Both the position numbers and the translations under genes were made by a program. The notes below the pieces were generated by a model. That model was not told the origin of the DNA and did no database searches. It saw nothing but the letters and a program-made list of their open reading frames with translations. DNA of 46,456 nt from a virus. Its lineage: Duplodnaviria > Heunggongvirae > Uroviricota > Caudoviricetes. The stretch lies in IMG/VR virus record IMGVR_UViG_2563366990_000004; one strand, given 5' to 3'. Below are positions 25,987 through 35,969 of this stretch, piece after piece (position 1 is the stretch's first letter; each line of letters begins with the position of its first letter).

Positions 25987-26520
25987 ATGAACACCAAAAT
26001 CAAATACGGCCTGTCGGCTGCCGTTCTGGCGCTGATTGCCGCAGGTGCGCCTGCGCCTGAAATCCTCGACCAGTTTCTGGATGAAAAAGAAGGCAACCAC
26101 ACCACGGCATACCGTGATGGCGCGGGTATCTGGACCATCTGCCGGGGTGCCATCATGGTGGATGGTAAGCCTGTGATTCCTGGCATGAAGCTGTCGAAGG
26201 GGAAATGCGACCGGGTTAACGCTATCGAACGGGATAAGGCGCTGGCATGGGTGGAGAAAAACATCAGAGTGCCACTGACCGAACCCCAGAAAGCGGGTAT
26301 TGCGTCATTCTGCCCGTATAACATTGGCCCCGGTAAGTGTTTCCCGTCGACGTTTTATAAACGAATTAATGCAGGCGATCGCAGGGGAGCGTGTGAAGCG
26401 ATTCGCTGGTGGATTAAGGACGGTGGCAGAGACTGCCGTATCCGCTCAAATAATTGCTACGGTCAGGTATCCCGTCGCGACCAGGAGAGTGCGCTGGCAT
26501 GCTGGGGTATCGACAGGTAG
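25987..26520 (+). CDS. R: SAR endolysin (T4-lysozyme family with N-terminal signal-anchor-release domain)
   Basis: 177 aa; N-terminal weakly hydrophobic Gly/Ala-rich stretch (LSAAVLALIAAGAPAP) then lysozyme core resembling R21 (…GIWTICRGAIMVDGKPV…); partners a pinholin. Confidence 0.85.
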   Translation: MNTKIKYGLSAAVLALIAAGAPAPEILDQFLDEKEGNHTTAYRDGAGIWTICRGAIMVDGKPVIPGMKLSKGKCDRVNAIERDKALAWVEKNIRVPLTEPQKAGIASFCPYNIGPGKCFPSTFYKRINAGDRRGACEAIRWWIKDGGRDCRIRSNNCYGQVSRRDQESALACWGIDR

Positions 26521-26611
26521 TAGAATATTTTGCTGAAAAATGACGTTGACCAACGCGGACGGATAACACGAAATCCTGCGAACTGGCAAAACCTAAGTGA
26601 ATAAAAGTAAA

Positions 26612-26647
26612 AACCCCGTTTGTTGGCAGCAAGCGGGGTTTTGTGTT
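26612..26647 (+). terminator. Intrinsic terminator-like hairpin downstream of the endolysin
   Basis: AACCCCG … CGGGGTT stem with ~15-nt loop followed by TTTTGTGTTT. Confidence 0.35.
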
Positions 26648-26678
26648 TCCTGACTCCGGAAAAGTCAAAGGAGAAAGT

Positions 26679-26816
26679 GTGTTTGATTTTAGCAAACTGA
26701 TTCGGGAGATTCGAGTGATGGCTGAAAAATTATCCACCTGGAAGTTCATCCTTATCTGGCTGGTGTTTGTGATTATGGCCTCCGGTTATTTCATCGGTCA
26801 GATACGCTGGTGGTGA
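26679..26816 (+). CDS. Possible small membrane protein (45 aa) between endolysin and Rz
   Basis: GTG 26679 preceded by AAGGAG at 5-nt spacing; C-terminal hydrophobic helix ([20 protein letters not shown]); stop 1 nt before the Rz start. Confidence 0.3.
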   Translation: MFDFSKLIREIRVMAEKLSTWKFILIWLVFVIMASGYFIGQIRWW

Positions 26817-26817
26817 A

Positions 26818-27285
26818 ATGAACCGCGTTCTGTGTGTGGTCATCATTGCCCTGCTGGTGGCCTGTGGTGCGCTTAGTCTGGGGCTGAATCATTACCGCGA
26901 TAACGCCATCACCTACAAAGCGCAGCGCGATAAAAAAGCCAGAGAGCTGGAGCAGGCAAACGCAACCATTACTGATATGCAGGTGCGCCAGCGTGATGTT
27001 GCTGCGCTCGATGCAAAATACTCGAGGGAATTAGCCGATGCGAGAGCTGAAAATGAAACTCTGCGTGCTGATGTTGCCGCTGGTCGTAAGCGCCTGCGGA
27101 TCAACGCCACCTGCCACGGTACCGTGCGTGAAGCCACCAGCACCTCCGGCGTGGATAATGCAACCGGCCCCCGACTGGCAGACACCGCTGAACGGGATTA
27201 TTTCATCCTCAGAGAACGGTTGATGACAATGCAGAAGCAGCTGGAAGGGGCGAAGGAATATATCCGCACTCAGTGTATTAACTAG
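26818..27285 (+). CDS. Rz: Rz i-spanin
   Basis: 155 aa; N-terminal TM then coiled-coil; close to lambda Rz (…[45 protein letters not shown]…). Confidence 0.85.
   Translation: MNRVLCVVIIALLVACGALSLGLNHYRDNAITYKAQRDKKARELEQANATITDMQVRQRDVAALDAKYSRELADARAENETLRADVAAGRKRLRINATCHGTVREATSTSGVDNATGPRLADTAERDYFILRERLMTMQKQLEGAKEYIRTQCIN
27053..27223 (+). CDS. Rz1: Rz1 o-spanin lipoprotein embedded in the +1 frame of Rz
   Basis: [56 protein letters not shown]; lipobox VVSAC and proline-rich body as in lambda Rz1. Confidence 0.8.
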   Translation: MKLCVLMLPLVVSACGSTPPATVPCVKPPAPPAWIMQPAPDWQTPLNGIISSSENG

Positions 27286-27308
27286 TATTTTTGTTATCCG
27301 GAGAATGC

Positions 27309-27533
27309 ATGAAGAAATTACTGGTAACCGTAGAACCTTTTCAGGGAACAATTCCGTTCCGTATTTTGCAGCGTGGTCGTGTTCTTGTTGAAGGTTCGTT
27401 CAGTGGTAAATGTACGCAATTACACTCCCGGACCTTTCAGGTGAATGCCACGAATGAAGAGCTAACCGTTGAGTGTACGATGAATGCCGCTAAATGCCGC
27501 ATGGTATCCGCTGCATTACAGCCAGTGTGTTGA
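27309..27533 (+). CDS. Hypothetical small Cys-containing protein (74 aa) between Rz and cos
   Basis: ORF from internal Met MKKLLVTVEPFQGT…; occupies the position where lambda carries bor on the other strand, but is not Bor-like. Confidence 0.35.
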   Translation: MKKLLVTVEPFQGTIPFRILQRGRVLVEGSFSGKCTQLHSRTFQVNATNEELTVECTMNAAKCRMVSAALQPVC

Positions 27534-27792
27534 GCGACCTTATTATCCATGCGCGGTATTGTCGCCGTATTCCCGTATTAACAGAGACCGCAGCCCGACA
27601 GGGAGACTCCTCTGCGCGAGTGTGCGGGGATAATCAAAAACGATACACACCGGGGTTTACCGCGTTAACGGAGCGCGGCGTTGTCCCCTCATGGTCGCTG
27701 GTCCGGTGCGATGGTGGAAGAAACTGGATTTTGTTGCAACTGATAACCATTATCATTTTCGCGGGTCCTTTCCGGCGATCCGGGCCGTTACG

Positions 27793-27804
27793 GGGCGGCG
27801 ACCT
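27793..27804 (+). other. cosN cohesive-end site; surrounding cos region ~27780-27980
   Basis: ACGGGGCGGCGACCTCGCGGGTTTTCACTATTTATGAAAATTTTCCGG matches the lambda left end (GGGCGGCGACCTCGCGGGTTTTCGCTATTTATGAAAATTTTCCGG), ~180 bp upstream of Nu1. Confidence 0.8.
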
Positions 27805-27980
27805 CGCGGGTTTTCACTATTTATGAAAATTTTCCGGGAAAAAGCATGTCAGTTCTTCTTGCTGTTAACATATTGTTTTTAAAGAAATAATCATCAAGAA
27901 AGAAACGACATCAGAACGCTGAAAAATCTGTCTTTTTTGGCATTTCATGTCGTAACTGATTTTTGATAAGGAATTGATGA

Positions 27981-28529
27981 ATGAATGTTAATAAAAAGAA
28001 GCTTGCTGAAATTTTTAATGTCGATATACGCACTATTGATCGCTGGCAAACTCAGGGGCTCCCTCAGATATCTGGTGGAGGAAAAGGTGTTGAGGTCATC
28101 TTTGATTCTGCGAAGGCGATCGAATGGTATGCTCAGCGCGAAGCTGATATTGAAAATGAAAAACTCCGTAAAGAGGTCGAGGATTTGAGGGCTGCCAGCG
28201 AATCAGACCTTCAGCCCGGCACCATTGATTACGAACGTTACCGACTGACGAAGGCACAGGCAGATGCACAGGAGCTGAAAAATGCTCGTGAGGAAGGCCT
28301 TGTCCTCGAGACGGAGTTATTTACCTACATCTTTCAGCGAGTGGCACAGAATATATCTGGGATCCTTGTCCGTGTCCCTCAGACACTGCAGCGTAAATAC
28401 CCTGAGATATCACCCGCACATCTTGATGCTATGAAAACTGAAATCGCGAAAGCATCCGATGTGGCTTCTGAAGCCGGTGAGAATGTGCGCAGGTGGATTG
28501 ATGATTTCAGACGAACTGAGGGCGGCTAA
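27981..28529 (+). CDS. nu1: Terminase small subunit Nu1
   Basis: [36 protein letters not shown]… versus lambda Nu1 MEVNKKQLADIFGASIRTIQNWQEQGMPVLRGGGKG…. Confidence 0.9.
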   Translation: MNVNKKKLAEIFNVDIRTIDRWQTQGLPQISGGGKGVEVIFDSAKAIEWYAQREADIENEKLRKEVEDLRAASESDLQPGTIDYERYRLTKAQADAQELKNAREEGLVLETELFTYIFQRVAQNISGILVRVPQTLQRKYPEISPAHLDAMKTEIAKASDVASEAGENVRRWIDDFRRTEGG

Positions 28530-30429
28530 TTCTGCAGGAGCGATAGCAACCGGCCTTCTTGCGCTAAAAATTCCTGTCCCCCTGACGACAGTTCAGTGGG
28601 CAGATCGACACTATTACCTTCCGAAAGAGTCATCTTACACCCCGGGGCGGTGGGAAACACTGCCATTTCAGGTTGCCATCATGAACAGCATGGGGAATGA
28701 CCGGATCCGCACGGTTAATCTGATTAAATCTGCCCGTGTTGGTTATACAAAGATGTTGCTGGGAGTGGAGGCTTATTTTATTGAGCATAAATCACGCAAC
28801 AGCCTTCTTTTCCAGCCTACGGATTCTGCTGCTGAAGATTTTATGAAATCTCATGTGGAACCCACGATCAGGGATGTGTCGGTTTTACTCGATCTTGCAC
28901 CGTGGTTTGGGCGTAAACATCGTGATAATACCCTCACGCTGAAACGCTTTTCATCGGGTGTGGGTTTCTGGTGCCTGGGTGGTGCGGCAGCAAAAAACTA
29001 CCGTGAAAAATCCGTGGATGTGGTCTGCTATGACGAACTTTCCTCGTTCGAGCCGGATGTTGAAAAAGAGGGCTCGCCAACTCTGCTGGGGGATAAGCGT
29101 ATTGAGGGCTCGGTATGGCCAAAATCCATTCGCGGCTCGACGCCTAAAATAAAAGGCACCTGCCAGATCGAAAAAGCGGCCAACGAGTCGGCGCATTTCA
29201 TGCGTTTTTATGTGCCCTGCCCGCACTGTGGGGAGGAGCAGTATCTGAAATTTGGCGATGAATCCACGCCTTTTGGGCTTAAATGGGAGAAGGACAGTCC
29301 CGAAAGTGTTTTCTACCTCTGTGAACATCATGGCTGCGTGATCCATCAGTCTGAGCTTGACCAGAGCAACGGGCGGTGGATCTGTGAAAACACGGGGATG
29401 TGGACCCGTGACGGTCTGACGTTTTTCAGCGCTGCGGGTAATGAAATTCCGCCGCCGCGCTCCATCACATTCCATATCTGGACGGCGTACAGTCCGTTCA
29501 CCACCTGGGTACAGATTGTCTATGACTGGCTGGATGCACTGAAAGATCCCAACGGCCTGAAAACTTTTGTGAACACCACGCTGGGCGAGACCTGGGAAGA
29601 GGCCGTGGGCGAAAAACTCGATCACCAGGTGCTGATGGATAAGGTTGTGCGTTACACGGCGGCGGTACCTGCCCGGGTGGTTTATCTGACGGCGGGCATT
29701 GACTCGCAGCGTAACCGTTTTGAGATGTATGTCTGGGGATGGGCTCCGGGAGAGGAAGCCTTTCTGGTGGATAAAATCATCATTATGGGGCGTCCTGATG
29801 AGGAAGAGACTCTGTTACGTGTGGATGCGGCGATCAACAAAAAATACCGCCATGCAGACGGAACCGAAATGACCATTTCCCGTGTCTGCTGGGACACCGG
29901 GGGGATCGATGGCGAAATCGTTTATCAGAGGTCAAAAAAACACGGTGTTTTCCGGGTGCTGCCGGTAAAAGGCGCATCTGTCTATGGCAAGCCGGTGATC
30001 ACCATGCCAAAAACCCGCAATCAGCGGGGCGTGTATCTGTGTGAAGTGGGGACGGACACCGCAAAAGAAATTCTCTATGCCCGTATGAAAGCCGATCCCA
30101 CGCCTGCGGATGAAGCCACGTCGTATGCCATCCGTTTTCCTGATGATCCGGAGATTTTTTCGCAGACAGAGGCGCAGCAACTGGTCGCGGAAGAGCTTGT
30201 GGAGAAGTGGGAAAAAGGAAAGATGCGTCTGCTGTGGGATAACAAAAAGCGGCGTAACGAAGCGCTGGACTGCCTGGTGTATGCCTACGCGGCATTACGT
30301 GTGTCCGTGCAACGCTGGCAGCTTGATCTGGCTGTACTGGCAAAATCCCGGGAAGAAGAGACGACCCGGCCAACCCTGAAAGAACTGGCAGCGAAGCTGT
30401 CCGGAGGAGTGAATGGTTACAGTCGCTGA
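28501..30429 (+). CDS. A: Terminase large subunit A
   Basis: Near-collinear with lambda gpA (…[48 protein letters not shown]…). Start set at ATG 28501 by alignment to the gpA N-terminus, overlapping Nu1 by 29 nt. Confidence 0.9.
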   Translation: MISDELRAANSAGAIATGLLALKIPVPLTTVQWADRHYYLPKESSYTPGRWETLPFQVAIMNSMGNDRIRTVNLIKSARVGYTKMLLGVEAYFIEHKSRNSLLFQPTDSAAEDFMKSHVEPTIRDVSVLLDLAPWFGRKHRDNTLTLKRFSSGVGFWCLGGAAAKNYREKSVDVVCYDELSSFEPDVEKEGSPTLLGDKRIEGSVWPKSIRGSTPKIKGTCQIEKAANESAHFMRFYVPCPHCGEEQYLKFGDESTPFGLKWEKDSPESVFYLCEHHGCVIHQSELDQSNGRWICENTGMWTRDGLTFFSAAGNEIPPPRSITFHIWTAYSPFTTWVQIVYDWLDALKDPNGLKTFVNTTLGETWEEAVGEKLDHQVLMDKVVRYTAAVPARVVYLTAGIDSQRNRFEMYVWGWAPGEEAFLVDKIIIMGRPDEEETLLRVDAAINKKYRHADGTEMTISRVCWDTGGIDGEIVYQRSKKHGVFRVLPVKGASVYGKPVITMPKTRNQRGVYLCEVGTDTAKEILYARMKADPTPADEATSYAIRFPDDPEIFSQTEAQQLVAEELVEKWEKGKMRLLWDNKKRRNEALDCLVYAYAALRVSVQRWQLDLAVLAKSREEETTRPTLKELAAKLSGGVNGYSR

Positions 30430-30619
30430 ACTGCAGGCGCTGCGTCAGGCGCGCCTTGATTTATTAACCGGTAAACGGGTGGTGTCTGTCCAGAAAGATG
30501 GTCGCAGAATTGAATATACGGCGGCTTCTCTGGATGAGCTTAACCGTGCGATCAATGATGCGGAGTCGGTACTGGGGACAACCCGACGTCGCCGTCGTCC
30601 GCTGGGAGTGAGGTTATGA
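30413..30619 (+). CDS. W: Head-tail joining protein W
   Basis: 68 aa; …LTGKRVVSVQKDGRRIEYTAASLDEL… versus lambda W …[26 protein letters not shown]…. Confidence 0.85.
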   Translation: MVTVAELQALRQARLDLLTGKRVVSVQKDGRRIEYTAASLDELNRAINDAESVLGTTRRRRRPLGVRL

Positions 30620-32208
30620 AACGAACGCCTGTCCTGATTGATGTGAACGGCGTTCCGCTTCGGGAGAGCCTCAGCTACCACGGGGGCGGTGCAGGATTTG
30701 GTGGGCAAATGGCAGAGTGGTTGCCACCCTCGCAGAGTGCCGATGCGGCCCTGCTGCCCGCGTTGCGTCTGGGGAATGCCCGTGCAGATGATCTGGTACG
30801 CAATAACGGGATAGCGGCTAATGCGGTGGCCCTGCATAAGGATCATATTGTCGGGCATATGTTTCTGATCAGCTACCGTCCGAACTGGCGCTGGCTGGGG
30901 ATGCGGGAGACTGCGGCAAAAAGCTTTGTCGATGAGGTGGAGGCGGCCTGGTCGGAATACGCCGAAGGGATGTTTGGCGAGATCGACGTGGAAGGAAAAC
31001 GCACGTTCACGGAATTTATCCGTGAAGGCGTGGGCGTTCATGCGTTTAACGGCGAAATCTTTGTGCAGCCGGTCTGGGATACGGAAACCACGCAGTTATT
31101 CCGCACGCGTTTTAAAGCCGTGAGTCCGAAACGGGTGGACACGCCAGGACACGGTATCGGGAATCGTTTTCTGCGGGCCGGGGTGGAGGTCGATCGATAT
31201 GGGCGTGCCGTTGCGTACCATATCTGTGAGGATGATTTTCCTCGCTCCGGGAGTGGACGATGGGAACGGATCCCGCGTGAACTTCCCACCGGGCGTCCGG
31301 CCATGCTGCATATTTTCGAGCCGGTGGAGGACGGGCAGACCCGTGGGGCCAATCAGTTTTACAGCGTCATGGAACGGCTGAAGATGCTCGATTCCCTGCA
31401 GGCAACACAGCTTCAGTCAGCCATTGTTAAAGCCATGTATGCAGCGACGATTGAAAGTGAACTTGATACCGAAAAGGCCTTTGAATATATCGCGGGGGCA
31501 CCGCAGGGTCAGCAGGATAATCCGCTCATTAATATTCTGGAGAAGTTCTCCAGTTGGTATGACACGAATCACGTGACGCTGGGCGGTGTCAAAATTCCGC
31601 ACCTTTTCCCCGGTGATGATCTGAAACTGCAGACCGCGCAGGATTCAGACAATGGATTTTCTGCGCTTGAACAGGCGCTGCTGCGGTATATCGCCGCCGG
31701 TCTTGGCGTTTCCTACGAACAGTTGTCCCGTGATTACTCGAAGGTCAGTTACTCAAGTGCCCGCGCCTCCGCCAATGAGTCGTGGCGCTATTTTATGGGG
31801 CGGCGAAAATTTATTGCGGCCCGGCTGGCCACGCAGATGTTTTCCTGCTGGCTGGAAGAGGCACTTCTTCGGGGGATTATCCGTCCGCCACGGTCACGTT
31901 TTGATTTTTATCAGGCGCGATCAGCCTGGTCACGGGCAGAGTGGATTGGTGCCGGAAGAATGGCCATTGACGGGCTCAAGGAGGTCCAGGAATCAGTGAT
32001 GCGCATTGAGGCCGGACTGAGCACGTATGAGAAAGAGCTGGCGCTGATGGGTGAGGATTATCAGGACATTTTCCGCCAGCAGGTCAGGGAATCCGCAGAG
32101 CGGGAAAAAGCCGGACTCTCACGTCCGGTGTGGATAGCACAGGCGTATCAGCAGCAGATAGCGGAGAGCCGCAGGCCGGAAGAGGAGACAAGACCACGTG
32201 AGACGTAA
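30616..32208 (+). CDS. B: Portal protein B
   Basis: 530 aa, lambda gpB size and position after W; 4-nt overlap with W. Confidence 0.9.
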   Translation: MKRTPVLIDVNGVPLRESLSYHGGGAGFGGQMAEWLPPSQSADAALLPALRLGNARADDLVRNNGIAANAVALHKDHIVGHMFLISYRPNWRWLGMRETAAKSFVDEVEAAWSEYAEGMFGEIDVEGKRTFTEFIREGVGVHAFNGEIFVQPVWDTETTQLFRTRFKAVSPKRVDTPGHGIGNRFLRAGVEVDRYGRAVAYHICEDDFPRSGSGRWERIPRELPTGRPAMLHIFEPVEDGQTRGANQFYSVMERLKMLDSLQATQLQSAIVKAMYAATIESELDTEKAFEYIAGAPQGQQDNPLINILEKFSSWYDTNHVTLGGVKIPHLFPGDDLKLQTAQDSDNGFSALEQALLRYIAAGLGVSYEQLSRDYSKVSYSSARASANESWRYFMGRRKFIAARLATQMFSCWLEEALLRGIIRPPRSRFDFYQARSAWSRAEWIGAGRMAIDGLKEVQESVMRIEAGLSTYEKELALMGEDYQDIFRQQVRESAEREKAGLSRPVWIAQAYQQQIAESRRPEEETRPRET

Positions 32209-33703
32209 TCTTTCACACATTATTGCCGCAGCATTCAATGAACCGCTGCTTCTGGAGCCCGCCTATGCGCGGGTTTTCTTTTGCGCGCTCGGGCGCGAGA
32301 TGGGGGCAGCAAGTCTTTCGGTACCACAACAGCAGGTGCAGCTTGATGCTCCCGGAATGCTGGCTGAAACGGACGAGTACATGGCCGGAGGTAAACGACC
32401 GGCCCGTGTTTACCGGGTGGTGAACGGTATTGCTGTACTGCCGGTGACCGGCACGCTGGTGCACCGGCTGGGTGGCATGCGGCCATTTTCCGGAATGACA
32501 GGCTATGACGGCATTGTTGCCTGTCTTCAGCAGGCAATGGCGGACACCTCTGTCCGGGGCGTACTGCTGGATATTGACAGTCCGGGCGGGCAGGCCGCCG
32601 GTGCGTTTGACTGCGCTGACATGATTTACCGCCTCCGGCAGCAGAAGCCGGTCTGGGCACTGTGTAATGACACGGCCTGTTCTGCGGCCATGCTGCTGGC
32701 GTCGGCCTGCTCCCGACGGCTGGTTACCCAGACATCCCGTATCGGCTCCATTGGCGTGATGATGGGCCATGTCAGCTATGCCGGTCATCTGGCGCAGGCC
32801 GGGGTGGATATCACGCTGATTTATGCCGGGGCGCATAAGGTGGATGGCAATCAGTTTGAAGCCTTATCGGCAGAGGTGTGTCAGGACATGCAGCAGCGCA
32901 TTGATGCGGCGCACCGGATGTTTGCCGAAAAAGTGGCGATGTATACGGGGCTGTCTGTGGAAGCTGTCACGGGGACAGAGGCTGCCGTTTTTGAAGGTCA
33001 GTCCGGTATTGAGGCCGGGCTGGCGGATGAGTTAATCAATGCGTCGGATGCCATCAGCGTGATGGCTGCGGCGCTGAACACACATGATACAGGAGGCACT
33101 ATGCCGCAATTAACTGCAACGGAAGCCGCCGCGCAGGAGAACCAGCGAGTGATGGGGATCCTGACGTGTCAGGAAGCGAAAGGACGTGAACAGCTTGCCA
33201 CGATGCTGGCAGGACAACAGGGCATGAGCGTTGAACAGGCCCGGGCGATTCTGGCTGCGGCAGCACCACAGCAGCCGGTGGCATCCGCGCAGAGTGAAGC
33301 CGATCGCATTATGGCGTGTGAAGAAGCTAAAGGTCGTGAACAACTGGCGGCAACGCTGGCGGCGATGCCGGAGATGACGGTGGAAAAAGCCCGCCCGATC
33401 CTGGCGGCTTCACCGCAGGCGGATGCCGGACCCTCACTCCGTGATCAGATTATGGCTTTGGATGAGGCAAAAGGGGCTGAGGCGCAGGCTGAAAAACTGG
33501 CGGCGTTTCCCGGAATGACGGTGGAGGCTGCCCGCGACATTCTGTCCTCATCGCCGGATAAAGCAGAACCGGTTTCTGCATCCACAACCGCCATGTTTGA
33601 ACGCATCATGGCGAACCATTCACCGGCAGCCGTGCAGGGTGGCGTGTCACAGACGTCGGCAGACGGTGATGCGGACGTGAAAATGCTCATGGCCATGCCA
33701 TGA
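32198..33703 (+). CDS. C: Prohead protease/minor capsid protein C (S49/ClpP-like) with nested Nu3-like scaffold region
   Basis: N-terminal half aligns with lambda C (…FNEPLLLEPAYARVFF…VVNGIAVLPV.GTLV…GMTGY.GI…LQQA…GVLLDIDSPGG…FDCADMI…KPVWAL.ND…); C-terminal Ala-rich region carries three ~47-50-aa tandem repeats. GTG start. Confidence 0.85.
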   Translation: MRRNLSHIIAAAFNEPLLLEPAYARVFFCALGREMGAASLSVPQQQVQLDAPGMLAETDEYMAGGKRPARVYRVVNGIAVLPVTGTLVHRLGGMRPFSGMTGYDGIVACLQQAMADTSVRGVLLDIDSPGGQAAGAFDCADMIYRLRQQKPVWALCNDTACSAAMLLASACSRRLVTQTSRIGSIGVMMGHVSYAGHLAQAGVDITLIYAGAHKVDGNQFEALSAEVCQDMQQRIDAAHRMFAEKVAMYTGLSVEAVTGTEAAVFEGQSGIEAGLADELINASDAISVMAAALNTHDTGGTMPQLTATEAAAQENQRVMGILTCQEAKGREQLATMLAGQQGMSVEQARAILAAAAPQQPVASAQSEADRIMACEEAKGREQLAATLAAMPEMTVEKARPILAASPQADAGPSLRDQIMALDEAKGAEAQAEKLAAFPGMTVEAARDILSSSPDKAEPVSASTTAMFERIMANHSPAAVQGGVSQTSADGDADVKMLMAMP

Positions 33704-33739
33704 AGTCAGTGCTGACCATCAATATGAGGTTTTTACAAT

Positions 33740-34087
33740 ATGGTAACGAAAACCATCACTGAACAACGTGCAGAAGTACGTATTTTTGCCGGTAATGATC
33801 CGGCTCATACCGCCACAGGCAGCAGCGGGATTTCTCAGGCAACACCGGCACTGACGCCCCTGATGCTGGATGAAGCCAGCGGGAAACTGGTGGTCTGGGA
33901 CGGACAGAAAGCCGGTAGTGCGGCTGGCATACTGGTACTGCCGCTTGAAGGCACAGAGACGGTGCTGACGTATTACAAGTCGGGAACCTTTGCGACGGAG
34001 GCAATCCGCTGGCCTGAAAGTGTGGATGAACACAAAAAGGCCAACGCCTTTGTCGGCACAGCCCTGAGTCACGCGGCGCTGCCGTAA
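33740..34087 (+). CDS. D: Head decoration protein D
   Basis: …DPAHTATGSSG…TPLMLDEASGKLVVWDG…GILVLPLEG…YYKSGTF… matches lambda gpD. Confidence 0.85.
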   Translation: MVTKTITEQRAEVRIFAGNDPAHTATGSSGISQATPALTPLMLDEASGKLVVWDGQKAGSAAGILVLPLEGTETVLTYYKSGTFATEAIRWPESVDEHKKANAFVGTALSHAALP

Positions 34088-34144
34088 CACGTTATCAGGC
34101 CACCGCGTTGGCCTGACTGATTTCTGAATGAAAGGAACTGATTT

Positions 34145-35173
34145 ATGGGATTGTTTACGACCCGCCAGTTACTCGGTTATACCGAACAAAAAGTGAAATT
34201 TCGTGCGCTGTTTCTGGAACTGTTTTTCCGCCGTACGGTGAATTTCCACACCGAAGAGGTGATGCTGGACAAAATTACCGGAAAAACGCCGGTGGCAGCC
34301 TATGTCTCCCCGGTTGTTGAAGGAAAAGTGCTGCGTCATCGTGGTGGTGAAACCCGCGTGTTACGTCCGGGCTACGTCAAGCCGAAACACGAATTTAATT
34401 ACCAGCAGGCGGTGGAGCGCCTTCCCGGTGAAGATCCGGCGCAGCTGAACGACCCGACCTACCGTCGTCTGCGTATCATCACCGATAACCTCAAACAGGA
34501 AGAGCACGCCATTGTCCAGGTGGAAGAAATGCAGGCGGTGAATGCCGTGCTGTATGGCAAATACACCATGGAAGGGGAGCAGTTTGATACTGTCGAGGTG
34601 GATTTCGGGCGCTCTGAAGGAAATAACATTGAGCAGGCTGACGGTAAAAAATGGTCTGAGCAGGACCGTGATACGTTTGATCCGACGCATGATATTGACC
34701 TCTACTGCGATCAGGCCAGCGGCCTTGTGAATATCGCCATTATGGACGGTACGGTCTGGCGTCTGCTGAATGGCTTTAAGCTGTTCCGCGAAAAACTGGA
34801 TACCCGTCGCGGCTCAAATTCACAACTCGAAACGGCAGTGAAAGATCTGGGCGCAGTGGTGTCCTTCAAGGGGTATTACGGCGATCTGGCCATTGTGGTG
34901 GCGAAAACGTCTTATGTGGCAGAGGACGGTACCGAAAAACGTTATCTGCCGGAGGGCACGCTGGTCCTGGGAAATACGTCAGCGGAGGGCATCCGTTGCT
35001 ATGGTGCCATTCAGGATGCGCAGGCGTTGTCCGAAGGTGTGGTGGCCTCTTCCCGTTATCCGAAACACTGGATGACCGTGGGCGATCCGGCCCGTGAATT
35101 CACCATGACGCAGTCCGCTCCGCTGATGGTGCTGCCGGATCCGGATGAGTTTGTGGTGGTACAGGTGAAATAA
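34145..35173 (+). CDS. E: Major capsid protein E
   Basis: 342 aa; collinear with lambda gpE (…YVSPVVEGKVLRHRGGETRVLRPGYVKPKHE…GDPAREFTMTQSAPLMVLPDPDEFVVVQV…). Confidence 0.9.
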   Translation: MGLFTTRQLLGYTEQKVKFRALFLELFFRRTVNFHTEEVMLDKITGKTPVAAYVSPVVEGKVLRHRGGETRVLRPGYVKPKHEFNYQQAVERLPGEDPAQLNDPTYRRLRIITDNLKQEEHAIVQVEEMQAVNAVLYGKYTMEGEQFDTVEVDFGRSEGNNIEQADGKKWSEQDRDTFDPTHDIDLYCDQASGLVNIAIMDGTVWRLLNGFKLFREKLDTRRGSNSQLETAVKDLGAVVSFKGYYGDLAIVVAKTSYVAEDGTEKRYLPEGTLVLGNTSAEGIRCYGAIQDAQALSEGVVASSRYPKHWMTVGDPAREFTMTQSAPLMVLPDPDEFVVVQVK

Positions 35174-35181
35174 TCCGGGAG

Positions 35182-35210
35182 CGGGGGCGAAATGCCCCCG
35201 TGTCTTTTTT
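35182..35210 (+). terminator. Intrinsic terminator-like hairpin directly after the major capsid gene
   Basis: CGGGGGC-GAAAT-GCCCCCG followed by TGTCTTTTTT, 9 nt after the E stop. Confidence 0.45.
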
Positions 35211-35224
35211 CACAGGGGGCTGAG

Positions 35225-35608
35225 ATGGCAACAAAAGAAGAAAATCTGAATCGTCTTCGTCAACTGGCTGGTCTGCTGGGGCGCGAGGCGGATATGTCGG
35301 GGAGTGCTGCGGATATTGCTCAGCGTGTGTCTGAGTGGGAAGAGGAGCTTGCTGCTTCCCGGGAGGGCATTATGCACTCTGATGAGAGCGGGTCTGATCA
35401 AAATGACACAGACGATGGTGAGCCGTTGAACAACACGGATGCTCCGGATGATGTTAAAGCCGTCCGTGTGCGCAAGTGCCTGCATGTGATGGGGTATTGC
35501 CCGGAGACAGGCCGTCCTGTTGAGCTTACGTTCCGGGGGATGCGTGTTCTGGTGCCATCATCACTGGCAATGGCCATGATACAGCACGGAACGGCTGAGT
35601 ATGCGTGA
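35225..35608 (+). CDS. FI: DNA-packaging protein FI
   Basis: ATG 35225 with GGGGGCTGAG RBS; N-terminus MATKEENLNRLRQLAGLL… resembles lambda FI (MTKDELIARLRSLGEQL…) and position between E and FII. Confidence 0.7.
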   Translation: MATKEENLNRLRQLAGLLGREADMSGSAADIAQRVSEWEEELAASREGIMHSDESGSDQNDTDDGEPLNNTDAPDDVKAVRVRKCLHVMGYCPETGRPVELTFRGMRVLVPSSLAMAMIQHGTAEYA

Positions 35609-35954
35609 TGTTCAGAATGCCTTTGATGCCGCCCTTGTGGGGGTGGACAGCACGATTGTTGAAGTGATGGGGATCCGTGTGCAGTTTACCTCCGGAGCAC
35701 AACGTGGCGGTGAAGTTCAGGGGGTTTTTGACGATCCGGAGTCGCTGGGGTTTGCCGGTGGCGGGGTCCGTATTGAAGGAAGCAGCCCGTCATTATTTGT
35801 GCGGACGGATACGGTGCGTGCCGTGCGGCGTGGTGACACGCTGACCATTAACGGCGAGATGTTCTGGGTGGATCGTGTTTCTCCGGATGACGGGGGCAGC
35901 TGTTATCTCTGGCTCAACCGTGGGCAACCACCCGCTGTTAACCGGCGACGATAA
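35601..35954 (+). CDS. FII: Head-tail connector FII
   Basis: 117 aa; …GVFDDPESLGFAGGGVRIEGSSPSLFVRTDTVRAVRRGDTLTI…FWVDRVSPDDGGSCYLWLNRGQPPAVNRRR nearly identical to the lambda FII C-terminus. Confidence 0.88.
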   Translation: MRDVQNAFDAALVGVDSTIVEVMGIRVQFTSGAQRGGEVQGVFDDPESLGFAGGGVRIEGSSPSLFVRTDTVRAVRRGDTLTINGEMFWVDRVSPDDGGSCYLWLNRGQPPAVNRRR

Positions 35955-35969
35955 ACGCAGGGTGAAATT

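Noticed and set aside
27494-27826. 110-aa + strand ORF
   Set aside because: Spans the cos site and its flanking non-coding region; poor coding character and no start context.
28951-29625. 224-aa minus-strand ORF inside the terminase large-subunit gene
   Set aside because: Antisense shadow ORF within a strongly conserved coding region.
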